From an uncultured Chloroflexia bacterium (GTDB taxonomy: Bacteria; Chloroflexota; Anaerolineae; JAAYZQ01), in NCBI GenBank assembly GCA_963700285.1, contig CAVOXA010000010.1:352001-416000 (forward strand): a stretch of DNA of 64,000 nt, in the 5' to 3' direction. This document shows, piece after piece, positions 18,861 through 27,829 of this stretch. A program made the position numbers and the translations under genes. Numbering within the stretch: the stretch's first letter is position 1; the number at the start of each line of letters is the position of its first letter. The notes under the pieces are model-generated. The model did no database searches. It saw only the letters and a list, made by a program, of their open reading frames with translations, and was not told where the DNA came from.

Positions 18861-20558
18861 CTAGTTGCCAAAGTCCCATTCGTAGGAATTCCAGAAGCTG
18901 CCCAGGTTGGTGCCACTGCCCTTAAAGTTCTCAAAGTCTTCCCTGAGAACATAGGGTCTCGGCTGGTAGTAGATGGGCAACTGCGGCACTTCTTCCTGCA
19001 AGATCACCTGGACCTCGTCAATCAGCGGTTTGCGCTCGGCAAAGTCAAAGACGCTATCTGAGGCGTGCATGGCCTCATCCAGGTCCTCGAAGCAATAGCC
19101 GGTAAAGTTGTTGGAGGCGTCGCAGGCATACAGAGAGGTGAGGCTTGGATCGGCGGGAATGATCCAACCGCCGACAATGGCGTCCCATTCGGTGGAAAGC
19201 CACTTTTCGATCCAGGCCGCATTCTCCATGTCCTCGAACACGACTTCGACGCCGATCTCTTTGAGCTGGGCCTGGATCACCTGGGCGATGGCCACGCGTT
19301 CCGGGCGGCTCATACGGTTCATGATGGCGAAGGAGAAACGCTCGCCGTCCTTTTCACGGATGCCATCGTCGCCTACCGTCCAGCCCGCTTCGTCGAGCAA
19401 CTGCTTGGCCTTCTCAGGATCATATGTGTACTTGGGCACGTCGGGGTTGTGATAGGGGCTGCTGGGCGTGATCGGCGTGTCCGCGACCTCTACGGTACCC
19501 TCCATAAGATCGACGGCGATGGACTCGCGGTCAAAGCCAAGGGACAGGGCATGGCGTACGTTCTTGTCGCCGAACAACATCTGGCCCCGCTCCGTGGCAA
19601 CGTTGGTACCAAAGTAGACCCAGATGTTCGAGTTGACGATGTCGGTCTTGTACCCTTCCAGGCCCTCAACCTCTGCTACCTGGGCGGGCAGGACCTCGCC
19701 AAGGTCGTGTTCACCGGCCTTGAGCGCATTCAGACGGGTGTTGGGGTCGGGGATGAAGGTAAAGATGATCTCGTCGAGCTTGGGATAGTCGGGTCCACGC
19801 CAGTAGTTCTCATTCTTTACGACGCGGACGTACTCGCCTGATTTCCACTCGGCAAACTTGAAGGGGCCTGTGCCCAGCGGGCTGCGGTTGTAAGCGTCGT
19901 AGGTGAGGATGTCCTCGCCCTCAAGAAAATGCTTGGGCAGGATCGTGTCGAACAGGCTGGCATAGGGCGCGTAGACTTTTTCCCAGGTCAGGACGACGGT
20001 GTAGGGATCGGGCGCCTGGCAGTCGATGATGTTCTGGTACTCGGTCTGGTTATAGACCGCAGCACCCGCCTCACTGACGATGAATTCCCAGGTGAAGCAA
20101 ACGTCCTCGCTGGTGAACTCGACGCCGTCGTGCCACTGGACACCCTCGTACAGGTTCCAGGTCATCTCGACCTTACCATCATCGAGCATGACAATGCCGC
20201 CGTTCTCGGTGGTGGGAATCTCTTTGGCCAGCACAGGAATATAGCTATTGTTGTCATCGCTCATGATCAAACCATCGATCATGGTGATCTCGATGTCAGT
20301 GAGGTTCTGGCTGGTGAGCGCATTCAGCGTATCGATCTCAGAACCATAGGCCACGCGCAAGACCTTCTTCTCGGCCGCGGGCGGCTCGGTGGGCGCCTCG
20401 GTAGGTTCGGGCTCGGCGGGCGCCTGGGTAGGCTCGGGCGCAGCGGCTGCCTCGGTCGGCTCCGGCGGCGCCTCGGTTGCTGCCGGACCGCAGGCGGCCA
20501 CCAACAGCGCGAGTACTACGATCATCAATAACATGCTAGGCCAGTACTGCTTTTTCAT
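18861..20558 (-). CDS. Peptide/nickel ABC substrate-binding lipoprotein (family 5)
   Basis: Lipobox VAAC, PEPTEA-rich linker, WHDGVEFTSEDV, GTGPFK, VRHAL. Confidence 0.92.
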   Translation of the reverse strand: MKKQYWPSMLLMIVVLALLVAACGPAATEAPPEPTEAAAAPEPTQAPAEPEPTEAPTEPPAAEKKVLRVAYGSEIDTLNALTSQNLTDIEITMIDGLIMSDDNNSYIPVLAKEIPTTENGGIVMLDDGKVEMTWNLYEGVQWHDGVEFTSEDVCFTWEFIVSEAGAAVYNQTEYQNIIDCQAPDPYTVVLTWEKVYAPYASLFDTILPKHFLEGEDILTYDAYNRSPLGTGPFKFAEWKSGEYVRVVKNENYWRGPDYPKLDEIIFTFIPDPNTRLNALKAGEHDLGEVLPAQVAEVEGLEGYKTDIVNSNIWVYFGTNVATERGQMLFGDKNVRHALSLGFDRESIAVDLMEGTVEVADTPITPSSPYHNPDVPKYTYDPEKAKQLLDEAGWTVGDDGIREKDGERFSFAIMNRMSRPERVAIAQVIQAQLKEIGVEVVFEDMENAAWIEKWLSTEWDAIVGGWIIPADPSLTSLYACDASNNFTGYCFEDLDEAMHASDSVFDFAERKPLIDEVQVILQEEVPQLPIYYQPRPYVLREDFENFKGSGTNLGSFWNSYEWDFGN

Positions 20559-20716
20559 TTCCTTCTCCTTATTCTTCCGAAAATGGATACAGCTTGTTCC
20601 TACACCTCGCTCCCGAGCATAGTCGGGAGAACCAACTGGTTATGGTTTGGTCTCACCTCCTTGCTCGGCGTGGACGAGTCTTGACCACACCACTCAGCCG
20701 AACGCGTTGCCAGCTC

Positions 20717-21886
20717 CTATTGAAACATCTCGACTGTCTGAAGGGAGTGCATTCTCCCATACAGATAGCGATAAAACTCGGGACGGCGCTCCACCGGCAC
20801 TCGTTGCCATACCGGCGTGACTACTCGCTCCCCCCACCAGTAGGACCAGATCAGGACAGCGCGCGCTGGAGCAGCCAAAAAGCGAATGCGATTCGCCACC
20901 CAACCCTCGCCCCCGGCCAGACTGACGGACCGCAGCCAATCAGTTACCTGTTCCTCAGGCCAGTCCAGGGCGTGCATGCGCCAGGCCGCCCCGGTCCCGA
21001 TGCCAGCCCGGTAGCGGCCCATCAAGGCTGAGAAGCGATCGTCATCCGACTCGAGCCAACCCAGCATGTGCAGGCCATTGTCGGCAATGCCCTCGAAGGG
21101 CGAAGAGCTGGCAGTATTGACCACCGAAAGCAGGCCATCGGCTGGCGCGAGCCCCTCGTGATACCAGCTTTCGCGCAGCTTGAACTGGACATAGTGGCCT
21201 GGGCAGCCTTCGTGCACAGCCAGATGCTTCAAACCAGGCCGCGTCAAAATGGGGTCTGTATTCAGCTCGATCTTGCGCACCAGGTAGTTGCAGCGCGCGT
21301 TAAAGGCAACACCCGAGACTGGGACAACCTGCATGGCGTCCGACTTGGGCGCGGGGATGTGCAGCCGCTCCTCGGTGCGGTCCCAGGCTTCTGCCATCAA
21401 CGCCTGGCTCAGATCAGGCACCTCATCAGGCGGCACCCGATTCCGGGCTTCCCAAGCTGCACACTGCGCTGCCAGATCACCGCTGTAACCCATGCTATTC
21501 AACAGAGAACGCATCTCGCCGCGTAGGGCGTCCAGTTCGGCATCGGAAGCAGGCCCGGCCGGGACATGCAGGAACCCGCCGAGTTGCTCGGACAGGGACA
21601 AGTCACCCTCGCGCCAGTCCATAAAAGCCAGCGTAGACTGGCACAGTTGCTCATAATAGCGGCAGCGGTCCGGTTCTGGCAGCTCGCCGGCCAGGGTCGA
21701 CAACTGCCCAAAGCGTTCCCGGGCTGCGGCATAGGAATCAAAGGCTTCGGGTTGGTGAGTACCGGCAGCCATATTGACGACGACAAGCCCTTCCTCGTCT
21801 CCGCTTTCGGCCCGGTACAGAGCATCCACGCCGAGCAGCGCGGTTGTAGCTTGCTCGCCAAGGGCCATAGTCTTGTCACTAAGCAT
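20717..21886 (-). CDS. Short DUF885-like putative metallohydrolase
   Basis: HEGCPGHYVQ followed by FEGIAD; start MLSDK overlaps the upstream gene end. Confidence 0.55.
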   Translation of the reverse strand: MLSDKTMALGEQATTALLGVDALYRAESGDEEGLVVVNMAAGTHQPEAFDSYAAARERFGQLSTLAGELPEPDRCRYYEQLCQSTLAFMDWREGDLSLSEQLGGFLHVPAGPASDAELDALRGEMRSLLNSMGYSGDLAAQCAAWEARNRVPPDEVPDLSQALMAEAWDRTEERLHIPAPKSDAMQVVPVSGVAFNARCNYLVRKIELNTDPILTRPGLKHLAVHEGCPGHYVQFKLRESWYHEGLAPADGLLSVVNTASSSPFEGIADNGLHMLGWLESDDDRFSALMGRYRAGIGTGAAWRMHALDWPEEQVTDWLRSVSLAGGEGWVANRIRFLAAPARAVLIWSYWWGERVVTPVWQRVPVERRPEFYRYLYGRMHSLQTVEMFQ

Positions 21887-23579
21887 CAACTGCTTTCCTT
21901 TCCATCTCACTGGCGGTCAACGCCACGGGAATAGAGCCATAGGAGAGAAACTGGTCATGGAAACGGCGCAGGCTAAAGCCGCTGCCCCAGCGGCGCGCCA
22001 TCTCCTGGCGCAACGATTGGATATGGTCAGTGCCAATCAGGTACATCATCGCCCCGCCGGGGAACATGCTGTTCTTGACTGCCTCGCCGTGGGCAGCCCC
22101 GTGCGGCATGCCTGCCCGCTCCTCATAAAAACGCACAGCCTCGTCCAGACTCATGCGCCCCTGGTGCAGCCGGACGTCAACGATGGCCCGGGCGCTCATC
22201 CGCCGCCTTGACTGGTGTTCGGCATACAGCTCCAGGGGCGTCAGGAACCCGGCCTCGCCCATGAGACCGGTAGCATAGCAAGCCCAGCCTTCGGCAATGG
22301 TCCCGCTGCAGAACATGGCGACGCGGGAAGCACAATCGACGGCCGCCATCCGCCCGATGCGGGATTCGGCCCGGTAGGCGTGCCAGTTCTGGACGTGGTG
22401 CCCGATGCTGCCGTGATGGACCACGTGGTTTAGCTTGATGGTACTATCGTTGTTGCCTCGAAGCAGTGCATCCTGCTCGGCCGCAGGCATCGTGGCCTCG
22501 ATGGGGGTTACCAGGTAATCGTGCACCGGCGGCCTGTTGAAAGCCGCTGGGGCGCGGTAGAACAAGAAATAGAGATAGGGAGCCGCCCTGCGCGCCCAGC
22601 CAGGCCGGGGCACGTAGCGGATGGGAAACTCGGGCCAGGTCAGCAGTTCCTGCGCTTCGGCCGTGGCCCGGCAGGCTTCCCACACCTCAGTGTAGCGATC
22701 ATAATAGCCCTCGACCGTGGGATGAAGATCGGCCAGTGCGTCCAGTGCCTCGCGGGCGATGCCTGCACCAAAGTCAGCGGCATGCGCCGCGAGCTGAGCT
22801 TCGGCCTCAGCCATCTGCTCCTCGGCGTAGCGAGCGATCTCGTCGGGGCTCATGTCCACAAAATGACCCTGCTGCATCATTAACTCAAACGCTAGCTCAC
22901 CGCAGGCATAGCCATCGGTGGGGTGTGCGCGCAATTCGGTTTCCAGGAAGCCCTGGTATCCGGCAAATGCCGAGGCGGCCTTGTCCGCTGCGGCCCGGAA
23001 GCGCGGATCGGTTACCGGCTCGTTCTGGATCAGCCAATCAACACCGTCCTGAAAGAAAGCCAGGGCCCCGGTGCATTCCCTTATGGCCCGCTCGGTCCAG
23101 GCAGGTGGCGCCTGGGTCACGTTGGCCCGCGCCTGCTCCAGCAAGGCTGCAGTCGCCCCCATGCGGGCGATGGCCGACTCGACACGCTGGTCCAGTGGGG
23201 CAAATGGGGTCAGAAAAAGGGACAGGATGCCAAATATCGCCTCGCCGGTATAGAGGGATGGATTCCCAAGGTGGAAATGAGTGGAGGTATATTCCCACAA
23301 CTGGCACTCGAGGTAGCCCTTGGCCAGTTTGCGATCCAGCGCCTCTGCCCCGGTCAGGGGTTCGGCGCCGGGCATGGGTTCGGCCGCTAGATTACGCAGT
23401 TGCCCCAGCAGTGACTCCATTTCGGCCAGCGTGTCACCCGCTCCCTGCTCCGAGTAATCAGGCAACTGGTCATCGTATTGGTGAACGCCAATGAACGTGG
23501 CGTTGACCGGGCGGCGGCGGTAGTAGGCAGCGAAAAACTCATCGAGCCAGGTAGTGAATTCTGGGGCTTTTGTCTCCAT
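21879..23579 (-). CDS. DUF885 family protein with HHGSIGHH motif; first gene of the operon
   Basis: ATFIGVHQYDD, GHHVQ, EGWACY, FSLRRFHD, YGSIPV. Confidence 0.78.
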   Translation of the reverse strand: METKAPEFTTWLDEFFAAYYRRRPVNATFIGVHQYDDQLPDYSEQGAGDTLAEMESLLGQLRNLAAEPMPGAEPLTGAEALDRKLAKGYLECQLWEYTSTHFHLGNPSLYTGEAIFGILSLFLTPFAPLDQRVESAIARMGATAALLEQARANVTQAPPAWTERAIRECTGALAFFQDGVDWLIQNEPVTDPRFRAAADKAASAFAGYQGFLETELRAHPTDGYACGELAFELMMQQGHFVDMSPDEIARYAEEQMAEAEAQLAAHAADFGAGIAREALDALADLHPTVEGYYDRYTEVWEACRATAEAQELLTWPEFPIRYVPRPGWARRAAPYLYFLFYRAPAAFNRPPVHDYLVTPIEATMPAAEQDALLRGNNDSTIKLNHVVHHGSIGHHVQNWHAYRAESRIGRMAAVDCASRVAMFCSGTIAEGWACYATGLMGEAGFLTPLELYAEHQSRRRMSARAIVDVRLHQGRMSLDEAVRFYEERAGMPHGAAHGEAVKNSMFPGGAMMYLIGTDHIQSLRQEMARRWGSGFSLRRFHDQFLSYGSIPVALTASEMERKAVDA

Positions 23580-23664
23580 CAGTAAACACTCCAGTGGTGC
23601 TCTGGCTCATCACAGGGGAACATGATCAAGTCAGAACTCCAGGATCGCCCGATCTCTATCCTCT

Positions 23665-23714
23665 ATCCTATAGGATGCAGGATCCATTATACCAGGATCA
23701 TATATCGCTGTCAA
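23665..23714 (-). promoter_or_regulatory. Consensus sigma70 promoter TTGACA-17-TATAAT plus downstream palindrome ATCCTATAGGAT (putative operator)
   Basis: -35 at 23709-23714, -10 at 23686-23691, palindrome at 23665-23676. Confidence 0.85.
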
Positions 23715-23739
23715 GCCCCTTACGGAACAGGGCCTTTGC

Positions 23740-24288
23740 TCAGATGACTGCCCGCACTACATCCTGGGCCGAAAGCCGGTGGGGTGGCCCTGGCTGGTGA
23801 GCTGGATAGCCCAGAGCAACCAGGAGAAAAGGTGTGATCTCTTTGGGAATGGGCAGCACCCGCTTCAGGGCGCCTGGATCAAAGCCGACGGCCACGCAAG
23901 ACCCCAGCCCAAAGTGGGTGGCGGCCAGCAGCATGTTCTCCACGCAGCCCATGCAGTCCAGCTTGGTCAAGAGATCTCGACCTTTTTGTCCATAGCGGGC
24001 GGTCATGCGTTTGAGATCGTAGCACACGACGACGATGACCGGGGCCGCCAGCATCCATTCCTGGGTGGTCACGCCAGCGCGGGTCGTGATGCCCGCATCG
24101 GTGGTATCCACCGCTTTCTGCCGCGCCCCTGGATCCTTCAGGATAACAAACTCCCAGGCCTGCATGTTACCTGCGGATGGCGCCCAGGTACCAGCCTCGA
24201 TGATCTGCCACAGTACCTCGTCCGGCACATCCTTGTCCACGAAACTGCGTACGCTCCGGCGCTGATAGATGGCTTCCATAACATCCAT
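23740..24288 (-). CDS. Nitroreductase family protein
   Basis: RRSVRSF, APSAGNMQAWEF, NMLLAATHFGLGSC, LGYP. Confidence 0.92.
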   Translation of the reverse strand: MDVMEAIYQRRSVRSFVDKDVPDEVLWQIIEAGTWAPSAGNMQAWEFVILKDPGARQKAVDTTDAGITTRAGVTTQEWMLAAPVIVVVCYDLKRMTARYGQKGRDLLTKLDCMGCVENMLLAATHFGLGSCVAVGFDPGALKRVLPIPKEITPFLLVALGYPAHQPGPPHRLSAQDVVRAVI

Positions 24289-24312
24289 GGACTCTATTCC
24301 TCGCTCCCTTGT

Positions 24313-24870
24313 CTACCACCGCTCCTGGTGGAAATAGTCCTCCAGGGGCAGGAGGGGCAGTCGCGCCGCCTCTGCCTGGGAATACCCGAGCACAATCAAG
24401 ATAAGCGGTTCGACGTGTTCTGGCAACTCCAGGAGTTTGGCCATCCGTTGGTGGTCGAATTCCCGGATCAAGCAGCTCTTGATCCCGAGCTCCAGGGCCG
24501 CCAGCCGCATATTCTGAATCGCCCCGCCGCTGTCCTGGATCCCAAACAGCTTCTCCCCAATCTCGCCGTAGCGGGCCTTGGCCCGCAAGCGATCAAGGCA
24601 CACAACCAGGACGACGGGTGCTTGGGCCAACCAGTCCCGCCGCTCATCGCCTCCCAGGCGTGGGCGCAGGTGGGAGTCCAGCAGGGTACGGACAAGGTCT
24701 ACCTTCCGCTCTCCGTCGCGGACGGCAATGATCTCCCAGGGCTGGGCGTTGGCCGCCGACGGCGCCAACGCAGCCATCCCCACGATGGCTGCCAGTTCAG
24801 CATCGCTCACAGCCTGCTCTTCGAACTCACTGACACAACCGACGCGCTTCAACTGATCGACAATGGCCAT
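24313..24870 (-). CDS. Nitroreductase family protein lacking the RRSxR motif
   Basis: APSAANAQPWE, QNMRLAALELGIKSC, LGY; N-terminus reads KRVGCVSEF. Confidence 0.85.
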   Translation of the reverse strand: MAIVDQLKRVGCVSEFEEQAVSDAELAAIVGMAALAPSAANAQPWEIIAVRDGERKVDLVRTLLDSHLRPRLGGDERRDWLAQAPVVLVVCLDRLRAKARYGEIGEKLFGIQDSGGAIQNMRLAALELGIKSCLIREFDHQRMAKLLELPEHVEPLILIVLGYSQAEAARLPLLPLEDYFHQERW

Positions 24871-24880
24871 GGTCACCTCT

Positions 24881-25585
24881 CTACTCCCTATCCGTACGGA
24901 GTTTCTCAAGGGCTCTCAGAGTACGCTCCTTGCCACCCTTTAGGTGGACAATGAGACGCTCGTAGGCCAACTCCTGATCACGGGCCCGCAGGGCCTGCAC
25001 GATGCCGCAATGTTCGTCGATCATGACGAGCACCTCTTCCGCCGGCGCGATCGTCTCGACCAGCCAGCGAATGCGGACAGATTGATCGTTCACCAACCTG
25101 GCCAACCGCTCGAACAACCGGTTACCGGTGGCCTGCAGGATCATCTCGTGCATGGCAAAGTCAGACTCCAGATGGCTGTCGTACCGAGATTCGCCTGCGT
25201 CCTGGCGAGCGCATGCCAGTGCCCCGGCGATCTCGTCGAGCGTGTCCTCCGGAAGCCTGAGCGCCGCCTCATTGATGGCCCAGCCTTCGAGCAGGAGGCG
25301 CATCTCCCACGCGTCGCGCACATCCGCTGCCTCGATCTCGGCCACGCGGGGGTTCTCATAGGGTCTCATTGTGACTAGACCATCGTGCTGGAGCATGGCC
25401 AGCGCTTCGCGCACTGGGGTGTGGCTCACACCCAGATCACTGGCCAGTCGGTCGATGACGATGGCTTGGCCGGGACGAAGCTGGTTAGTCAGAATGAGCT
25501 GTTTGATCTGGGCCCGGACCTGTTCCCGCAGCGGCCCCCTCTGGATCTTTTCCACTCCGGGTAGCGTGTATCTACTCTCGTCCAT
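24881..25585 (-). CDS. GntR family transcriptional regulator (FCD domain)
   Basis: LRPGQ..LASDLGVSHTPVREAL helix-turn-helix; FCD features D..MH, GN, EH. Confidence 0.92.
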   Translation of the reverse strand: MDESRYTLPGVEKIQRGPLREQVRAQIKQLILTNQLRPGQAIVIDRLASDLGVSHTPVREALAMLQHDGLVTMRPYENPRVAEIEAADVRDAWEMRLLLEGWAINEAALRLPEDTLDEIAGALACARQDAGESRYDSHLESDFAMHEMILQATGNRLFERLARLVNDQSVRIRWLVETIAPAEEVLVMIDEHCGIVQALRARDQELAYERLIVHLKGGKERTLRALEKLRTDRE

Positions 25586-25641
25586 CTGACCATGCCCCCT
25601 TTCAGAAGAATGTCGAGGTTGAGGATAAAGGCTGGAAGGGC

Positions 25642-26028
25642 CTAGTCCTCTACAACGGCAAACACCTCAATCTCCAGACGGATACCGCGCTCTACCCAGG
25701 ATTGGCTGTCCAGCTTGGTGCCGGTGTGCGGCGGGTAGTGGTCGCCCATGTACCGCTGGCGGACCTCGTGGATGACGGGCATGTCCTCCGCATCGAGGAA
25801 CATGGTATGCACATAGACCACGTCCTGAAGGGTGGCGCCCCCCTCAGCCAAGATCGCCTGCAAGGAATCCATGATATTCTCGGTCTGGGCCCGGGCATCA
25901 TTGGGCGCAACCACATTGCCATCGATATCCAGCGGCACGCGCCCAGCGGTAAAGATCATGTTGCCGGCCCTGACTCCTGAATAGTAGCGCGGTGTGTTAT
26001 AGATCGTCTTGGGGTTCAGTATTTTCAT
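25642..26028 (-). CDS. RidA/YjgF family protein
   Basis: YSGVRAGNMIFTAG, AQTENIM, GATLQDVV, LEIEVFA. Confidence 0.85.
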   Translation of the reverse strand: MKILNPKTIYNTPRYYSGVRAGNMIFTAGRVPLDIDGNVVAPNDARAQTENIMDSLQAILAEGGATLQDVVYVHTMFLDAEDMPVIHEVRQRYMGDHYPPHTGTKLDSQSWVERGIRLEIEVFAVVED

Positions 26029-26124
26029 GGCCTCATCGCCTCCTATGCATCTCTGCCCTTGTCAAAGCTGCCGAGGCTCCGCCCGACGCGAAGGTTCAGC
26101 ACGGCCCTGGGCAGGGTGATTGAC

Positions 26125-26598
26125 TCAAGCAAGCGGGTTCACTTTGCCTTCCACTGCCTGCATGAACTCGAGGGGAAGATGGGCATCCTCCGGCACGATA
26201 AAGTTACAGACACCCTCCAGGGCATCCCGATGTTCCTCAAAACGAACGCGCATACCGGCATTGGTCGCTTTATCAAGCATGTAGTCCAGATCGGTGGTCT
26301 CGAAAGAAATGTGCGAGATCCCCTCGCCGGTCTCGTTGACGATCCTGTGCCCGCTAAAGGTCACCGGCAGATCAAGGCCCTCGGTTGCCTGCGCCCGCCG
26401 GTCGGGGTTGGTGTACTCGTTCAGAAAAAAGGTCACGTCCACCACCTTGACCACACCGATGCGCAGACCATTCTCTGGGATGTCGACGACCTTGCCTTCA
26501 CAGCCAAAGACCGATGTCCATTGTTTCACAGCCTTTTGCGCGTCGTTGACCGTTACGCCAATGTGATGGATCCTGGTTACTTTTGGGTCCTGTGTCAT
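26125..26598 (-). CDS. VOC (glyoxalase / methylmalonyl-CoA epimerase-like) family protein
   Basis: IHHIGVTVND, GEGISHISFET, LEF. Confidence 0.75.
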   Translation of the reverse strand: MTQDPKVTRIHHIGVTVNDAQKAVKQWTSVFGCEGKVVDIPENGLRIGVVKVVDVTFFLNEYTNPDRRAQATEGLDLPVTFSGHRIVNETGEGISHISFETTDLDYMLDKATNAGMRVRFEEHRDALEGVCNFIVPEDAHLPLEFMQAVEGKVNPLA

Positions 26599-26616
26599 GT
26601 CAATGTCTCCTTTGTT

Positions 26617-27807
26617 TTAGACTTTGTTACTGAGGTTTCTCCAGCGCATCACTGCCTGCTGCATGCGCTGCAGGCCCTCTTCTAGTTTGTCGACGGGTGC
26701 GTTGAAGGACACACGGATGTAGCCTTCTCCCTCCTCACCGAAGGTGGTGCCAGGGCCCACCAATACCTTCTCTTCCTGCCTAAGCGCTTGGGCAAACTCC
26801 TTGGAAGTTTTGCCCGTTGGGGTGATGTTGACCATCAGATAGAAGGCGCCCTGTGGCTGGCCATAGCTCAAACCCATGGCATCCAGGCCCTCCATCCATA
26901 GCTGTCGGCGCTCCTCATAGTCCTTCTTGACCGCCGGCCACCAATCCATGGGGCCGGTCAGCGCTGCCAGGGCCGCCCACTGGGACACGGCTGGCGTACA
27001 GATGGTCATGGAGTGTTTGAAGGCCAGCATCTTTTGGAGCAGAGCCGCCGGTCCCGTGAGGTAGCCCACCCGCCAACCCGTCATCGAGTAGCATTTCGAA
27101 AAACCGTTGACGGTGACCGTCCGTTCCCACATGCCCGGCAGGGCCGCGATGCTGTGGTGTCGATAGCCGTCGTAGAGGAATTTTTCATAGATCTCGTCGG
27201 AAACCACCACCAGGTCGCGCCTCTGGGCCAACTCAGCAATCTCCTCCAAGGCCCTGAGGGAAAGAACTGTACCGGTCGAGCCTCCAGGGCTATTGAGCAT
27301 GATGGCCTTGGTCCTGGGGCTGATACGCTCCTCGATCTCTGCGACATCGACCAGGAAGTTGTCCCGCTCGTAGGTGGGCACCGTGACGAGGCAACCACCC
27401 GCCACCAGGGCGTCGCGATAGTACTCGTTGTAGTAGGGCGAGGGAACCAACATCTCGTCGCCCTGGTCCAAGAGAGCCAGAAAGATAACCAGGAGCGCCT
27501 CTTGGGCACCCGTCGTCACGATGAGTTCGTTCTGCACATCTACCTTGAGCCCGTTATCCAGGTCAAGCTTGTCGGCAATCGCCTCGCGGAGAGGCAAGAT
27601 GCCCGACCAGGCCGTGTACTGGGTATGTCCCTCATCCAGGGACCGTTTCGCTGCTTCAATAACATGGGCAGGCGTCGGAAAGTCCGGGGTCCCGGTCCCG
27701 AGATTGATCACCCCCTCCAGCGGGATAGAGGTCTGGGTCTCCAAAGTGGCGCCCACACGTTTGGCCCTATCCGAAAGGGCCCGATCAGCGACGGTACTTG
27801 CGGTCAT
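26617..27807 (-). CDS. PLP-dependent aminotransferase class I/II
   Basis: TTGAQEA, SDEIY, FSKCYSMTGWRVG, YIRVSF. Confidence 0.9.
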   Translation of the reverse strand: MTASTVADRALSDRAKRVGATLETQTSIPLEGVINLGTGTPDFPTPAHVIEAAKRSLDEGHTQYTAWSGILPLREAIADKLDLDNGLKVDVQNELIVTTGAQEALLVIFLALLDQGDEMLVPSPYYNEYYRDALVAGGCLVTVPTYERDNFLVDVAEIEERISPRTKAIMLNSPGGSTGTVLSLRALEEIAELAQRRDLVVVSDEIYEKFLYDGYRHHSIAALPGMWERTVTVNGFSKCYSMTGWRVGYLTGPAALLQKMLAFKHSMTICTPAVSQWAALAALTGPMDWWPAVKKDYEERRQLWMEGLDAMGLSYGQPQGAFYLMVNITPTGKTSKEFAQALRQEEKVLVGPGTTFGEEGEGYIRVSFNAPVDKLEEGLQRMQQAVMRWRNLSNKV

Positions 27808-27829
27808 GTTCAATACCTCACTTGGATTC

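Noticed and set aside
20385-20485. Repetitive GC-rich tract that might be a repeat array or CRISPR
   Set aside because: It encodes the PEPTEA lipoprotein linker; there are no spacers and no cas genes
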